A stretch of DNA of 59,647 nt, counting the filler, from Dugesia japonica (lineage: Eukaryota), in the NCBI GenBank assembly GCA_001938525.1. It is 6 parts of 6 records of this genome, joined end to end, with 100 filler letters (N's around TTAATTAATTAA, not from the genome) between each part and the next. Parts side by side here need not be neighbours in the genome. Positions count along the whole stretch, not along the records: positions 11,211 to 19,798 come from MQRL01618717.1; positions 19,899 to 28,220 come from MQRL01551723.1; 4 more parts are not named here. One strand, 5' to 3'. Below the pieces are notes generated by a model. That model worked only from the letters and a program-made list of their open reading frames with translations. It made no database searches and was not told where the DNA came from. The position numbers and the translations under genes were made by a program. Shown here in pieces: positions 11,211-24,460 of the stretch (positions within the stretch are counted from its first letter, which is position 1; each line of letters opens with the position of its first letter).

Positions 11211-13691
11211 ACTTACTGTGGTTCATAATAATTAAATAAAACATAAAGAAATTAAATTTATTGAAAAAAAATTTATAATTCTTTTTTTTAATAAAATTTT
11301 AAAAATTAATGTAATTTAAATTTATATTAATTATAACACACATAAAACATTATAAATTTTTAAAACAATAAATAAACCATAAAATAAAAGCATAAATAAA
11401 AAGTAATAAAAAATTTATGTTTTCATTTTATAATTGAATAAAATTAATGTAGTTTATAATGATTACTGTTAGTTGAGTTTGTTAAACTCGTCGTATCATC
11501 AATATCAAAATTCATTACAACACTTTATAAAAATCAAAACTATAACCAACATTATTTGTTAATAAAACAAATTAAAAACATGTGTTTTAATTGGTGATCT
11601 TTTTTCCAAAATTTAAAAATTGAAAATTTTATTTTTTTAAAATTAATTTTAACATTTTAATTATTACATTAATTTTCATTGAAAAATTTCTGACAAAATT
11701 TCAACTGCTTTTAAAATTTTATTCACTTTAAAACCTTTTATTATTTACTTAAATTTTTATTTAAAAATTTACGACAAAATCTCAGCTCACTTTCAAAATT
11801 TTATTTATTNNNNNNNNNNNNNNNNNNNNNNNNNNNNNNNNNNNNNNNNNNNNNNNNNNTTAAAAATTTACGACAAAATCTCAGCTCACTTTCAAAATTT
11901 TATTTATTAAAAAGTTAAACTTTATCATTCAATAATTTTAATTTATCCTTAAACCAATATTTGTTTATTTAAATTTTTCATGAATAATTTAAATCTCTCT
12001 TTTAAACAAAAGATTTGAAAAATAAGATCACCAATCACACAAAAATTTCAATTTGCTTTTCAAAACTGCTCACAATTATAATTAAAATAAAATTTTATAA
12101 ATTGAAAAACTTTAAGTAATTAAACATTTAATAATAAAACATTTAAAATTTTCAATTTAATTAGAATTTTAAAATTACATTTAAAATAAAATCTAAATTT
12201 GAATTTAATGTAAATTCGATTAAAATGATTCAATAAAATTTTAATAAAATACAAACAATTTTGTAAAAGTTTTTCTAATATCGATTTAATCTATCATAAA
12301 GTCATTTTTCTAAAGAAGACAATAGTTGAAAATTAGAATATCTATAAAACAACCATGTAATTTGATTGAAACCATTATTCTCCCAATTATTCTTGTAATT
12401 ATAAAATTTTTAATAACATCAAAATCAAATTATTTTACAATAAAAACTGAATTATTTAAACCAAGCAATTGCTTTTTCGAGTTTAGTTAGGAAACTAAAT
12501 TTACGTATTGGTTAGAGATAAATCATAAATACTTAAAACACGACTTATTGTCAATTGAAAAAAAAATAATTTTTTCTCAAAATATTTTCAGATCAAAACA
12601 ACTGAAGAGCATCTTCAAAATCCCAGAATTTTTTTAAAATCATTTCTCAAAGTAAGTTCGGAAATATAAAAGCAATTAAAAGTAATTTAACAGAGATGCT
12701 CAATAAACAATTAATGCTTGGACGTGAAAATTTTAGAAATTTTTAATTCAAAAATACTGAAAAACTNNNNNNAAAAAAATTTATCCTAAACAATAATGAT
12801 GTAATAAGATTCCTTTATTAATATCACAATTATTCTTTCAATAATCAATTGAGATTTTGCTTCATTTGAAGAAATGCAATATTTCTCAAATTTTTCTTGA
12901 CTTCTAAATAACTGTGTCAGGTTGATTGAAGTGCATAGGGGACTGTGATGGGATTACTTAACCGGTATATTTCGCCAATTACTTTTCTGTCCATTCGTAA
13001 ATCAGTAACCCCGAGATATTTCGTTTAACTGCGCACGATGGTTAAGCATCCATTCATTCGCTAGATAGTGCGTGTATTCACGTATAATTTATTTTATAGT
13101 AATTACTCTTGTTNTAATTTTTATTTTTTGTTAGATCACGAAGTTCAACGCTCTGGTCTAGTCGAAAAAAAGTGAGCGTATGTCTGGATTTCGCTAAAAA
13201 TACGGGATAAAAACCGGTGATTTCCAAATTTAATTTAGTTTATTTTGGTTGATTTCAATTGTATATTTTCAAAGGGTCTTCGAGTCATGAAAACATTTCT
13301 ATAAGAAATCCTAAAACTGTTTGAGAACCATTGATTTTAATAAATAAAAAAGAGCCTTTATGAAATTTGTTTGTCTTCATTTTAATCAGTACCAATAATT
13401 AATAGTAAAATTACTTACAGTTAAAAGTAAATTTTCTTCAGGTTGATTTGTTGAGATTGAAATAATAACCACTGAAAGATAAATAAATTCAATATTATTA
13501 ATAAAATATAAATTATATTAGTAATTCTATAATAATATCGTGTCAAAAAAAAGAAGATAGTTAAAACAATGAAATATAGTGCTGAGGATCTTTTGTTGTT
13601 GTCATGTTTTCAATAGAATAAAGATTTTAATTTTTGCTTTGATGTAAATTAATAACCAATAGAATGAATTATGGTCTAAAAGGGGAAACAC

Positions 13692-13705
13692 GTTACCATG
13701 ACAAC
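13692..13705. promoter_or_regulatory. Candidate RFX X-box
   Basis: GTTACCATGACAAC matches the X-box consensus GTHNYY-AT-RRNAAC at every position. Confidence 0.4.
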
Positions 13706-14767
13706 AGTGAAAATGGCAAGCTCTATAGAAAAAAAAAGTTAACAAGATTGTTTATTTGAGTTTACTTGTTCTAATTGCACGGAAATTTGATAAATATTTT
13801 ACATTTGATTACAAATTATTAATAAATTAAATGCGAATTGAATAATCGATGAAATTCAACAAGAATAACTAGAGAAACAAATTTGATTTACTATTTTAAC
13901 TATGATAGCATAACATTTATTATTAAATTTACATTTTCATTACTTCATTATACTTTATTTAATTGAATTTTTAATTAATTAAAATTTAATTGTTTTAGAA
14001 AATCTTCCTTTTCGAGTTGAATATGTGCACCGTATATTATATATTTATTGAAAAGTTTAATACAAAATCAATTATTATACTGGCAATTATGGAATCAGCT
14101 ACAAAATATGTGAGAGATATAAATACCTAATTTAATATTATTTTTCTAGGGATTTTTGTAGTATCTATTGAAACCAAATTAACTAGATAGAATAATAGTT
14201 ATTTAATAAAAATTGAAAGTATTTTAGAAGAAGTTAAATTGCGAAAAATTTTAACGAATAAAAATTAATGAAAAATAATTTCAATGGCGAGAATTATTCT
14301 ATTTGGTGTTATTTTTTTTATAAAATCATCTTTGAGTTTAGTTAAACAAAATGTCTCATATTTAATAATTTTGAATTTCCCAATATTTACAAATAATAAC
14401 TAATAGTAAAATAACAATTTATCAACGTAGAATTGAAGGAATAAAATAGTAAAACTATATAAAAAGTAATATAATATAAATAGTAAAATAATTTAATAAC
14501 TTGGATAATAATTATAACAGTAAAATAATAAATTAATAATAATATTGTTTGTAAAATCTTCCGAAGACAATTAATTTTTAATAAAAACACTAATATATTT
14601 TTACATTAGCCTATAACTACAAAACGAATAATTTTTCTAATTAAAATTATTTTAACCAACTTTCATTGGTTAATAATTTTAATTAATTTAATTTTAATTT
14701 CAAATAAAAATTTAAAATAAATTTAAAACATTTTCATTAAACTTTTGTTGTTCCCATAAATATAATA

Positions 14768-15412
14768 TAAGGTTGGAGCAAAAGTTTGTGGACAAATATA
14801 GAAATTAAATTTGTTATTTTTTACTTTTTATCAGCATGTTATTATACGATTTACCCATTTTTAGATTTCAATGGTTTATTGAGTAGTAAAATTTGCGGAT
14901 ATTGATTCGTTATTATTTTAAAATGTTCTAACTATTCGATATATCACCTATAAGAAGTATAAATGCTGTATACACATGGTTCAAGCGTTTCTATGTGGGT
15001 TATTTTAATCTTGGAGAAAATTTTTCCTCCGGTTTGCCATCAAAGTTGACAACAAAGACCTGTTAATAACGTTGGAAAATGAGTTTTCGTCGTGCAGTCA
15101 CGAAAGAACTTAGTCTTACCACATCCAGCCTACACTCCGGATTCTGCTCCGTCTGATTACAGTCTTTTTCACTCAGTGGAATATATTTTGTGCGGTCGTT
15201 TTTTTTGAATAGTTTCAAGAAGTTGACAAGGCTTGCCAACAGTTTTTCAGCTTCAACAAACCAGCGTGGCGCTTTAATTAGAATACGATTCTCGCAGATC
15301 ATTGTCAGAAAATAGTAAAGAATTGTGGTTTATATTTTGAAGAATAGTTGTGATAGTTTTCAAGTAAATTTTTATCAAAAATCTTGGTTTGTCAAAACTT
15401 ATATGAGAACTT
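14768..15412 (+). mobile_element. Internally deleted mariner element
   Basis: Fragments AVYTWFKRF and HPAYTPDSAPSDYSLF (mariner HPPYSPDLAPSD motif); decayed TIR-like ends TAAGGTTGGAGCAAAAGTTTGTGGACAAA / TTGTCAAAACTTATATGAGAACTT. Confidence 0.7.
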
Positions 15413-15919
15413 TTCATCAAAGTGTTATATTTATATATATTTCTAGGACAATAATATTGAGTTACATGCCTTTTTAATAGATTGTTTTTTATCAATATAT
15501 ACCCTATGTTATATAACCAATTGACAAGACCCTAGTAAAAAAGGTAACACTGAAAAATTCTATTTGTAAATGCTGTCATTATTTGCAAAATTGTCTTCAT
15601 TTTTTTTAGATTAAACTAAACTAAAATTCTAACCAGTTTGTAAAAACATTTATTGAAAACCACAACTTTAAAATCAAAGTGTCGGTCATTTAATTTGTGT
15701 GAATTTCACATTCTCAATAGCCTAGAAAATATTACACGTTCGTTACATAACAAATGCTTTTTTTCACCACTGCACAGAACAAAATATAAAGAAATATAAA
15801 TAAAAAATAATCAATTTTAAAATCATGGCAGTTCGCAATATTATTAATTAACTAAAAGTTTAATACTAATAAAAAGACAAATATGTAAAAAACGTGACAA
15901 ATGTTTGATAAAAAATTAA

Positions 15920-16080
15920 TAACTCCATTTAAAATAAAACTTTATTTTGATATATTTCGACGGATCAATCGTCTTCATCACACAAAATGCAAAATATGAG
16001 ATCATTCAGTCTGTATTATTCAAACAAAGATGTAATAAATTATTCTGAATATTAGATAGCTATAATACAAATTCATAATT
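15920..16080 (-). repeat. Penelope pLTR family B copy with degenerate hammerhead (15944-15987)
   Basis: Homologous to 2770-2920. Minus strand GTGATGA A GACGA TTGAT CCGTC GAAA TATA TC (C3>G mutated). Confidence 0.65.
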
Positions 16081-19000
16081 TTTAGAAATTTCTGCCAATA
16101 ATCTAATATAAAGATAATTAAATATTTTTATCTATGGTCTTAAGGTTTATTGAAAGTAGAAATAAAATCAATTAATAGCAACAGTAGATGAACACATCTG
16201 AGTTTATTTTTTATTCTGATTGTATTGAGTTATTTTTAAAGTTATGCGATTCATAATGCTTCGTAATCTTGTTTATTATAGAAAGTATCAGAAATTTTAA
16301 AATAAATTAAATCTTTTTTCAATCGATTTAAATAATACGGTGTTCAGCGGAGCGTATCTAACGTATAAAAAGAATCCCATATGTATATTCAATTTAAGAA
16401 AATTACCGCATTAATATTAAATATTTATTTTTCCATTTCAGGAATTCTCGTAATGATAAATAATCCTAATATTTCATGATATTAATATAATTAATTCACG
16501 TCATGCAATAAACAGCAGAATTTATTTTTTACATTAATACAAGGATCATAAAATTAATTAATTAATGATTATTTAAACAAGAAATAAATGAACTCATTAG
16601 ATACTAGCGTTCCTAATAAGGAACATAAAACACGTCGTAGTTTGATATTTACTAAATTTCGTTGAGATTTGAAATTCGCAGTACAACGAATATTGTTATC
16701 TTGCGTGAATATTTAGTGAAGTGTTGTAACAGTTTTATGTGTGTACGACTTTAATGATAATTTAAGTTTAAAAACATTACCTAATTCCAAATTTCTAGGA
16801 AACAATATTCAGTCCCTAATGGTTTAATAGCAATCTTTGATAAAGATAATTTTATAAAAACTCAACTGCTCAACTCATTGCAGATATTTGATAAAATACT
16901 ACTCCACTAATTTCATTTATTTGAAACAATTAATTGCTTATGTAATTTAATCACATAATCTGATCTTCACGAGTAATGCGGTTTATTAATTTATTTTACC
17001 GATTTAAATAATATTTTACATAAATAATCTGAATATTTATAGTTATATATCATTTATAAAATGATATTAAGATTTAAATTTGTTAATATTAAATGATATT
17101 ATTTGTTTAAATAATTCATTATTAATAAATAGTTTTTGTNNNNNNNNNNNNTTATGGAAAGTTCAGGTCTTTTAACTTTTATTATTGAATTTAGAATATT
17201 TTCAATTACGAGCATACAACGAATTTGTTTAATAATTCAATTTCATCTGGATAAACTAATTACATTAATAATTTGCGTATTAAAATTAAGATAATGAATT
17301 TTTAAGAATTATTATGAAAAAACCAAATATTAATTACATATATCATAATTGTTTTTTATTAATGTTGACAGCTCCTCTGATGAGATTATTTCACTCAAAT
17401 CTTCCAAATCAGTAATATATAGGAAACTTGTTCGTTTGATTGTAGACATCGCGCTGAATAAAGAAATCCATTAAAACTATTGATTTATAAAAACATAAAA
17501 ACTCATTTAAGCATTTTAAAATAACAAAAATTTACTATGTACCCATAAGCATGTAAACAAACAAGAAATTTAATTTATTATTGAAATTATAAGTTTTATT
17601 TAAAGACAAATTAATGATTTGTTGAAATGTGTTTGTGTTAAGCTAAGTATCAATTTATTTCCAGATGGTATTACCACAGGCTATATATCATATGTTCTTG
17701 TTTTTTAAATATTAATAAATATAGGTCTGAGAAAATACTTGACGCCGACATGATATACAAAATTATATTAGAGATATTATTAAAAATAAATTCTAAAATA
17801 AATTTAGCAATAAATATCAAGGGAATATTCATTAAATTTCTCAAAAAACCATATATTTAAACTTAAAAGTATAAAATTTTTAATGTATATTTATAAAAAG
17901 CACAATCAATAATAACATATTTAATTTAATTACGAAGATTTCTCCAGTTATTATAATGCTATTATCATTTTCTTTTTGTAGTAGACTTCTGCAAGTTTTA
18001 TCATATCTGGTTAAAACATAAACAATTGTTTTCCTGTTTCCATTTAAAAAATCTTCTGTATTGTTAAATAGATAAGACTTGGTAAACNNNNNNNNNNNNN
18101 NNNNNNNNNNNNNNNNNNNNNNNNNNNNNNNNNNNNNNNNNNNNNNNNNNNNNNNNNNNNNNAAAAATGTTTCTATTTTCTAATTTTTTTCGTAGCAAAA
18201 TTTGTTATTATCTCTCATTATGTAAATGTAAAATGAAATCGATTTCTAATTAAATATGTAATTCACGTATTTTTGTCTATGAAGTTAAAAAGACAATAAA
18301 AAGTAATAAAAGTTACGATCGTGTTAGTCCAGGTTTCTGTTGCGAGTGACTATGATATTGCAGACTATTGTTTAAATTCTGATAACATTTCATCTTCTTA
18401 TATATCTAGTAACTATTCATTCTGTTGCCACATTGTCATTTTATCGCTTCATAAGAACTCCAATTTTCATTAATCGAATTCTCAGAAACATCAGATTAAT
18501 TATTATGTATTTCAACGTTTCATTAAGTCTTTTGACTTGGCCCTGTACAAATATAAAATTTTCAATGAATTTGAGTATAGCTCTATCTCATTAGGTCATA
18601 ATTTATTTTCCGCAAGTGTAAAAATTTTTAATTAAGTCTATTTAGATTTCATAGGACATATTTGACCATCCCATATTTTAGTTATCAGGAAATTGAGATT
18701 TTCTTCCGAAAAAAAGTTAGTAATTTCTTTTCTTTTAATATCGGTAATTAAAAATGAATCTTAAATTATATATTATTCTTTTCCATTTTTTCTTGGATAT
18801 GCCATAATCCCATCACAATAAAAAAATGATGGTACAACAAACAAAATAAAAAAATTGATACAAGAATTATGAGTAGNNNNNNNNNNNNNNNNNNGAATTT
18901 ACTTATGTTTAATCAATGATCAAGAAAGAAATGTAAATTAAAAAATAATTTATGAATTATATTTTTAATTTTTAAGTAACTATTATTTTTCTTCATTTAT

Positions 19001-19798
19001 TTTGGATAAAAATAATTAAAATCTCCAAGTTTTATAAATTTTAATATTAAACCAATCACTGACAATTAATAATTTTAATGTATATATATATATAATATAT
19101 ATTGAAAAGAAAACCATTTAAATGAATGTAAATGTAAATTGATTGTTCTAGATAGAGACAAAAATATTTTAATTATTTTTTCAAATATTCTCAATAATAT
19201 AAATTGCAGATTCTGAGAATTTAAATTGAGTTTTCAATTTTGGCATGAGCATAAAATTTTAATATTTACCAGATGACGAATAAAATAAGTAATAAAAAAT
19301 TAATTTTTCAGCTTTGCCCTGCATTAAAATAGTAAGTAATTGATACACTAATTATAAATAAATTTAATGCTTTGAAGAATTAATAAAATTGAAAAGGATT
19401 TGTGTTTCATATTATTAAAATAATTAAATATTTGAAGCTTGAACCTCTATTTACTATTTTTATTTTTATAAAATAATAATCAATTAAATATATGGATTAT
19501 ATCGTACAACATAAAATATATTATTTATTACTTTAATTCATTTTACTATCAATTTTTCCTTTGCCAGTAGATATTATCCAGTAATAAACAAAAGTCATAT
19601 TTATTTATCTTCTATTACTATATCCAGGAAAACCACTGACTTCGATTATTATTTTCCCAAAACTAGTCTTATCGGCTACAGAAATCCTATTTGGATATTT
19701 AATATTAAAACATTTGATCTATAAATAACTCAAACATTTTAATCATTAGCTTTTTTGGTGACAATTTGTTCTTCATCACATATCCATCAATGTTTTTT

Positions 19799-19898
19799 NN
19801 NNNNNNNNNNNNNNNNNNNNNNNNNNNNNNNNNNNNNNNNNNTTAATTAATTAANNNNNNNNNNNNNNNNNNNNNNNNNNNNNNNNNNNNNNNNNNNN
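19799..19898. other. Artificial scaffold-joining spacer
   Basis: 44 N + TTAATTAATTAA + 44 N. Confidence 0.95.
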
Positions 19899-20068
19899 TT
19901 TTATTCAATTCTATCGATCCCTTGATTCAATTCTTTAAATTATTTTATTCAATTCTATTGATCCCTTGATTCGATTCTTTAAATTATTTTATTCAATTCT
20001 ATCGATCCCTTGATTCAATTCTATATATTCTTTTATTTAATTCTATCGATCCCTTGATTCAATTCTAT
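19899..20068. repeat. ~44-bp tandem repeat (~4 copies)
   Basis: Unit TTTTATTCAATTCTATCGATCCCTTGATTCAATTCTTTAAATTA repeated at the scaffold start. Confidence 0.9.
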
Positions 20069-20437
20069 AGATATAGATCGTTTATAAAAATTGTACTTAT
20101 AATTGAAAAATTAAAATTTTTTCAAAAATTTTATTCATTACAAATCAAATTCTTTTGAATTCCGTGGTGAACGTCTCTAACATTTTTAACCTAGACAACC
20201 AGTACTACTTGAAATATTTTCCCAATAATCCAACTGTTGAAATAACAACTAGACAATACTTAAAAAAAGATTATTTTTCTAATTAATGTTAAAATTACAA
20301 ATGTTTACTTTTTCCATTATTTGANNNNNNNNNNNNNNNNNNNNNNNNNNNNNNNNNNNNNNNNNNNNNNNNNNNNNNNNNNNNNNNNNNNNNNNNNNNN
20401 NNNNNNNNNNNNNNNNNNNNNNNNNNNNNNNNNNNNN

Positions 20438-21022
20438 AGGGAATATGTTTTCAAACGACGATCATGTGTCCTACAAAATAATTCCAGTGCATTCATCGTA
20501 TCAAAAGCTATTAAAGAAGAATCTATTCCTAACGGGAAAAGTTCTTCTGTAAGAATTGCTGATTACAAATCACTAATGTATATTCAATCACACAGTACCT
20601 TTGACAAAGTAGAAGATTAAATGTTTTAAAATATTTTTCATTTCTACTATTAGGTTGGTATGGATTATTTTCTAATATACTATGATGATCCTAAAACTAA
20701 TTTCCCAAGCGCTGCTGTTAGTTGGATGTCGACTGCGGGTATTATTTTGAAATGACTCTCGTTCATTTATGTTAAATATTTCATTTCGAATTTAAATTCA
20801 GGTATTCCATCATTTATGGAAAAAGTTCACAAAGCATCATTAGCATTAGAAGAAAATTTAAATGAAATACAAGCTCCTTCCGATTTTAGTACAAATTCTC
20901 ATCAGGAAAAACCCAGTGATAATTCGCAAGATGAACGTCATTATTCATTGTATACAGAAGCGTATGCATTCAATTTGCAACCGAACGGAGACAATTTCAC
21001 CAATGTCCAAACACCCCAATAG
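20438..21022 (+). CDS. STARD7: START-domain lipid transfer protein, STARD7/PCTP-like, 3' exons (20438-20608, 20654-20738, 20802-21022)
   Basis: REYVFKRR...FIVSKAI...VRIADYKSLMYIQSHSTFDK|VGMDYFLIYYDDPKTNFPSAAVSWMSTAG|IPSFMEKVHKASL matches the START C-terminus (RDYVY.RR, DY.L.Y.D.P...P...VSW...G.P.F.EK.H.A). Canonical GT-AG introns of 45 and 63 nt keep the frame. Confidence 0.85.
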
Positions 21023-21799
21023 TCTATTTATTAAAATAAGAAAATACAACTTTACAATTATCTCTTTATTCCTGATAGGTTAGGTTCAATTGGTTTGGAA
21101 ATTTCCGCGATATTATTCAATGGACACATTAAAAATGATTAACCTAAAATCGATGTGACTTATAATAATTAAAAGTCATCCAATTAAAATTCAATAAAAT
21201 AATTTATAAAGTAACATGCAGAATCGTCGGACCAAGAATTAAAGAACATCTTAAACATTAAGAAAATGATAAATAAAAAAGATAAACCTAAAATAACTAT
21301 AATTTTATTAGTCAAAATAAATTAACCAGTTAAAATAAAATAAATCCATAAAGTTGAGTGCTGCCGAAAATTCGGGTTGCTACGAAAGAATTTTAATAAA
21401 GATTTTGTCTAAGACTTTAATTTATAGAAGATGTCCCAACAAGAGCAGAGAATTTAAGTCCAGTTCTGTTTTTTTTTGACAATCAATATTATAACTAATC
21501 GATAGGAAACAATCCATTATAATTAAAAATGAACCGATATTTGACCCTTTGTTGTCTGACATTAAAATAAAAGACAAGTAAAAATTGAAAATTCCCGACT
21601 TTTAAATTTTTTTTACTTATTGTAACATGGTGACACTTCAAGTGTGGGCGGGACTGAATTTTCTCAATGTCCTATATTTGAATCAAAAGTAATCCAGTGA
21701 TTACCACGTTGAAAGTTACTTTTTCTAAGATTACCAACATAACGCCTTGATACAATTAGCCTAATCGTGACTGAGCAACGAAAATTAAGTCGTGTCAAT

Positions 21800-22100
21800 T
21801 CAAATAACTTACAATGTATATAATAAATGCATTTATAAAAGTGATATAAATTAGGCTCCAAAAATATTCTGGATCACAATAGCTTGTTCTTAGTTGGTTA
21901 GTATGAGCTACTCCACCCATATTATTATGGTCTTTAACAATTTCAGGATATGGAATAAGAGTTATACAATCTTTTTGTTTCCTCTTTACACCAGTAGTCT
22001 CGTTTCTATGAAAATTTGATGCTAAAGGCAATGGTTTACTATCTATCCATACAAAATATCCTAAATCTAGTTCATTTTTAGTAATGCCAAAGCTTTCAAA
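21800..22100 (-). mobile_element. piggyBac transposase remnant
   Basis: WIDSKP..LASNFH...VKRKQKD...IPYPEIVKDHNNMGGVAHTNQLRTSY...INAFIIY, the piggyBac YN..MGGVD..DQ region, degenerate. Confidence 0.8.
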
Positions 22101-22302
22101 TTAAGTTCGTGGAATTCTGTTATTTCAACATCTTTATCTCGATAGATTTCAAATTTGATAATATACCATCTTGGGTCTGCATTAAAATAAAACTTTTAAT
22201 TCCTTTTGATTGTCACGCGGAATATCTTCGCAATAAGTGTTCATTATAAATTTTTATGCTTATAGAAATTCTTAATCAGTTGGAGGCCTGGTATTTTCAT
22301 AA

Positions 22303-24460
22303 GGGGTCATCGATATATGATGAACGCAATAAACTACAGATTTTGAAATCCCTCATGTTATACATCGTATTTTTTAGACCCCCTCTCTCTATGCGTACAT
22401 ACACATTTCGAAATTTTTATTAGTTCAATAACAGTTATTAATTAAATATAATTTTTTATAGAAAAATAAAACCAAAAAATTAGTAATTCTGTCTATAAAT
22501 GAAACCCTAATAAAGCTGAAGAATTATGAATCATATCTGTTCATACCAGTGTTAACCCTAAAAGATAATCTAAATCTAAAATGGAAATTAATTTGATAAT
22601 TATGATAAAATAAACTAAAGATTCATGGCATTTCAGTTAATTTTGATTTAATTTCATTCGTTTTCGAATGCATTCTGTAGTCACTCGAAAAAGTTTCGAA
22701 TAACTGGCATCTCTTTGTCCTTCATATCATCAGCAGATGACATCAGAACCTTTTCATTAGTATTAGCTTCTGTTGTGGATGTAGCCATGACATTTGCATC
22801 TTCATGAATGTGTCGATGATGTTTCAAGCGTGCCTGTCATGCATTATATATCCTGAATTCTGGAAAAGTTTTTTTTGAAGTTCAGTACTGTTAATTGATG
22901 GACAGTACATGTCAAACGGAGAGTCATGTGAAACATTGGATGATGTGAATTTTACTCGTTGTGCAAGAGAACCAAAATGGGGCTTAACAATTTCAGACAC
23001 TGTTTGTTTCTGGAACGCCGTTGCTTTCATTTGAACACGATAGTACCACTGGCCCTTGTAGAAAACGTTGTGGAAAATAAGTTTTCCATGAAGTACGTCT
23101 GTCGCACTTTACAATTTGGATTGAATACTGACTCTGTCTAACATTAATTTCGATACATTTCTTAGATAGTTCATTAGGTGTTACTGCTGCATTATTTGGC
23201 GATGTTGAATCATTAAATACTTCCTAACCATACTTATGCTAGAGTTGTTACGGCCCTTCCTTTTTCTATGTTCCTTGTGTTTTTAGAACCATCAAGATGT
23301 GAACTGAATTGGTCATGAGGTAGAATCCAGCATGTTTTGTTGCTGACACTAAACCCAAAGGTATTTTTGGTTTTTCATCCATTCTTAGGAACAAACATGG
23401 TACATATTTCATTTAAGTATGCCGTAGATGTGAAAACAAAAGCAGCATCTTTATGACGATCATGGGTAGTGTTCTCTGCTCGGATCAATTTTTAACTGGC
23501 ACATTATTGATGTGTCAGTTGCCTTCAAGTGACGATGGTTTCCTATGCAAGAGCCAGGTATATGTTGCTGATCGTGACATACTGTATCCTTGTGCTACCT
23601 ATAATTTTTGCAAATCATTCAAAGTTTTGCATGATCTCAATTCTTCAGAACGAAGTCGATCGCTGGCTGCAGCTCCGATTAAAGCAATTCTGACAATTGC
23701 ATTCAATAGATCTGGTTGATCTACTGTAGTTGCTAGTTTACCAACCATATCGCGTGTGAACTTACGGAGCTTTGGCTCTAGATATAGCATTTCATCAGTT
23801 ATTTCTTGCTAAGTATACTTCATTTTTCTAAGTTGCTAGCTTTTCTTTTTATTCTTTTAAATATCTAATTCGATTGTTTACATTTTCAATTTTAGATCTT
23901 CACGCATTAATCTGACATACCGAATTCTAATCAAATTCATTAGTTTTTCATTCTGTAGTGAGATATTGGAAGTTAATATTTTTTGTTTTGGTGCTTCTGC
24001 TTCGGGCTTAATTATTTCTTCGGATTTTTCAGTGTTGATTTCAGTAAATTTATCAGCAACAACAGCAGTATTTTCTGTTGATCTTTGGCCAATTGTCTTT
24101 TGAACTATTTTTTATAATTGTAGTTTTAGCTTTGTTGCTGAAATCATCCAATATTGAAGGATTGAGAATACTGGAACTAATCCAAAATGACATTAGTTGA
24201 CTCTTCTGTTGCAACGAATTTCTCAGAATGTCATCCATTATTGAATCATAATTTTGTCATCACATTTAATTGCATCCCACAGACAATTTGCTTTCTTCTG
24301 TCGAACTGGTTTTTTGTTCTGATGCATAGATTTGCACACGGCAGTATACAATAAGTTGCATATATTTGTGTTATCCATTTTCTTAACTTTCTAGAATTTT
24401 TTTTATAAAAGTTTTTATAGAGCCGTGATTTCAAACCCTTTTTGACTAGGGACACCTTTT
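22303..24460 (-). mobile_element. Decayed Zator-like DNA transposon
   Basis: Minus-strand peptides DQPDLLNAIVRIALIGAAASDRLRSEELRSCKTLNDL..GYSMSRSATY..L.R..S.EG..H...VPVK, VRQSQYSIQIVKC and PFDMYCPS resemble Zator/TP36-type transposases. Terminus GGGGTCATC at 22303 follows TAA (TWA-type target). The other end is not identified. Confidence 0.6.

Noticed and set aside
11760-11908. Direct repeats flanking a 50-N gap (also 54243-54825 and 55407-55997)
   Set aside because: Pattern typical of unmerged overlapping contig ends or haplotypes, not real tandem duplications. The duplicated ORFs 55474/55794 lie in LTR-like sequence.
13260-13333. hAT-like terminus TTTGAGAACCATTG
   Set aside because: No matching opposite TIR or TSD found, so no element could be delimited.
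17372-17402. Possible hammerhead CTGATGAG...CTCAAATC
   Set aside because: Lacks the G of GAAA, has no convincing stem I, and is not in a Penelope context.
19899-20068. CRISPR-like regular repeats (also 25644-25750)
   Set aside because: No unique spacers and no cas genes in a eukaryotic context; these are a tandem repeat and MULE subterminal repeats.
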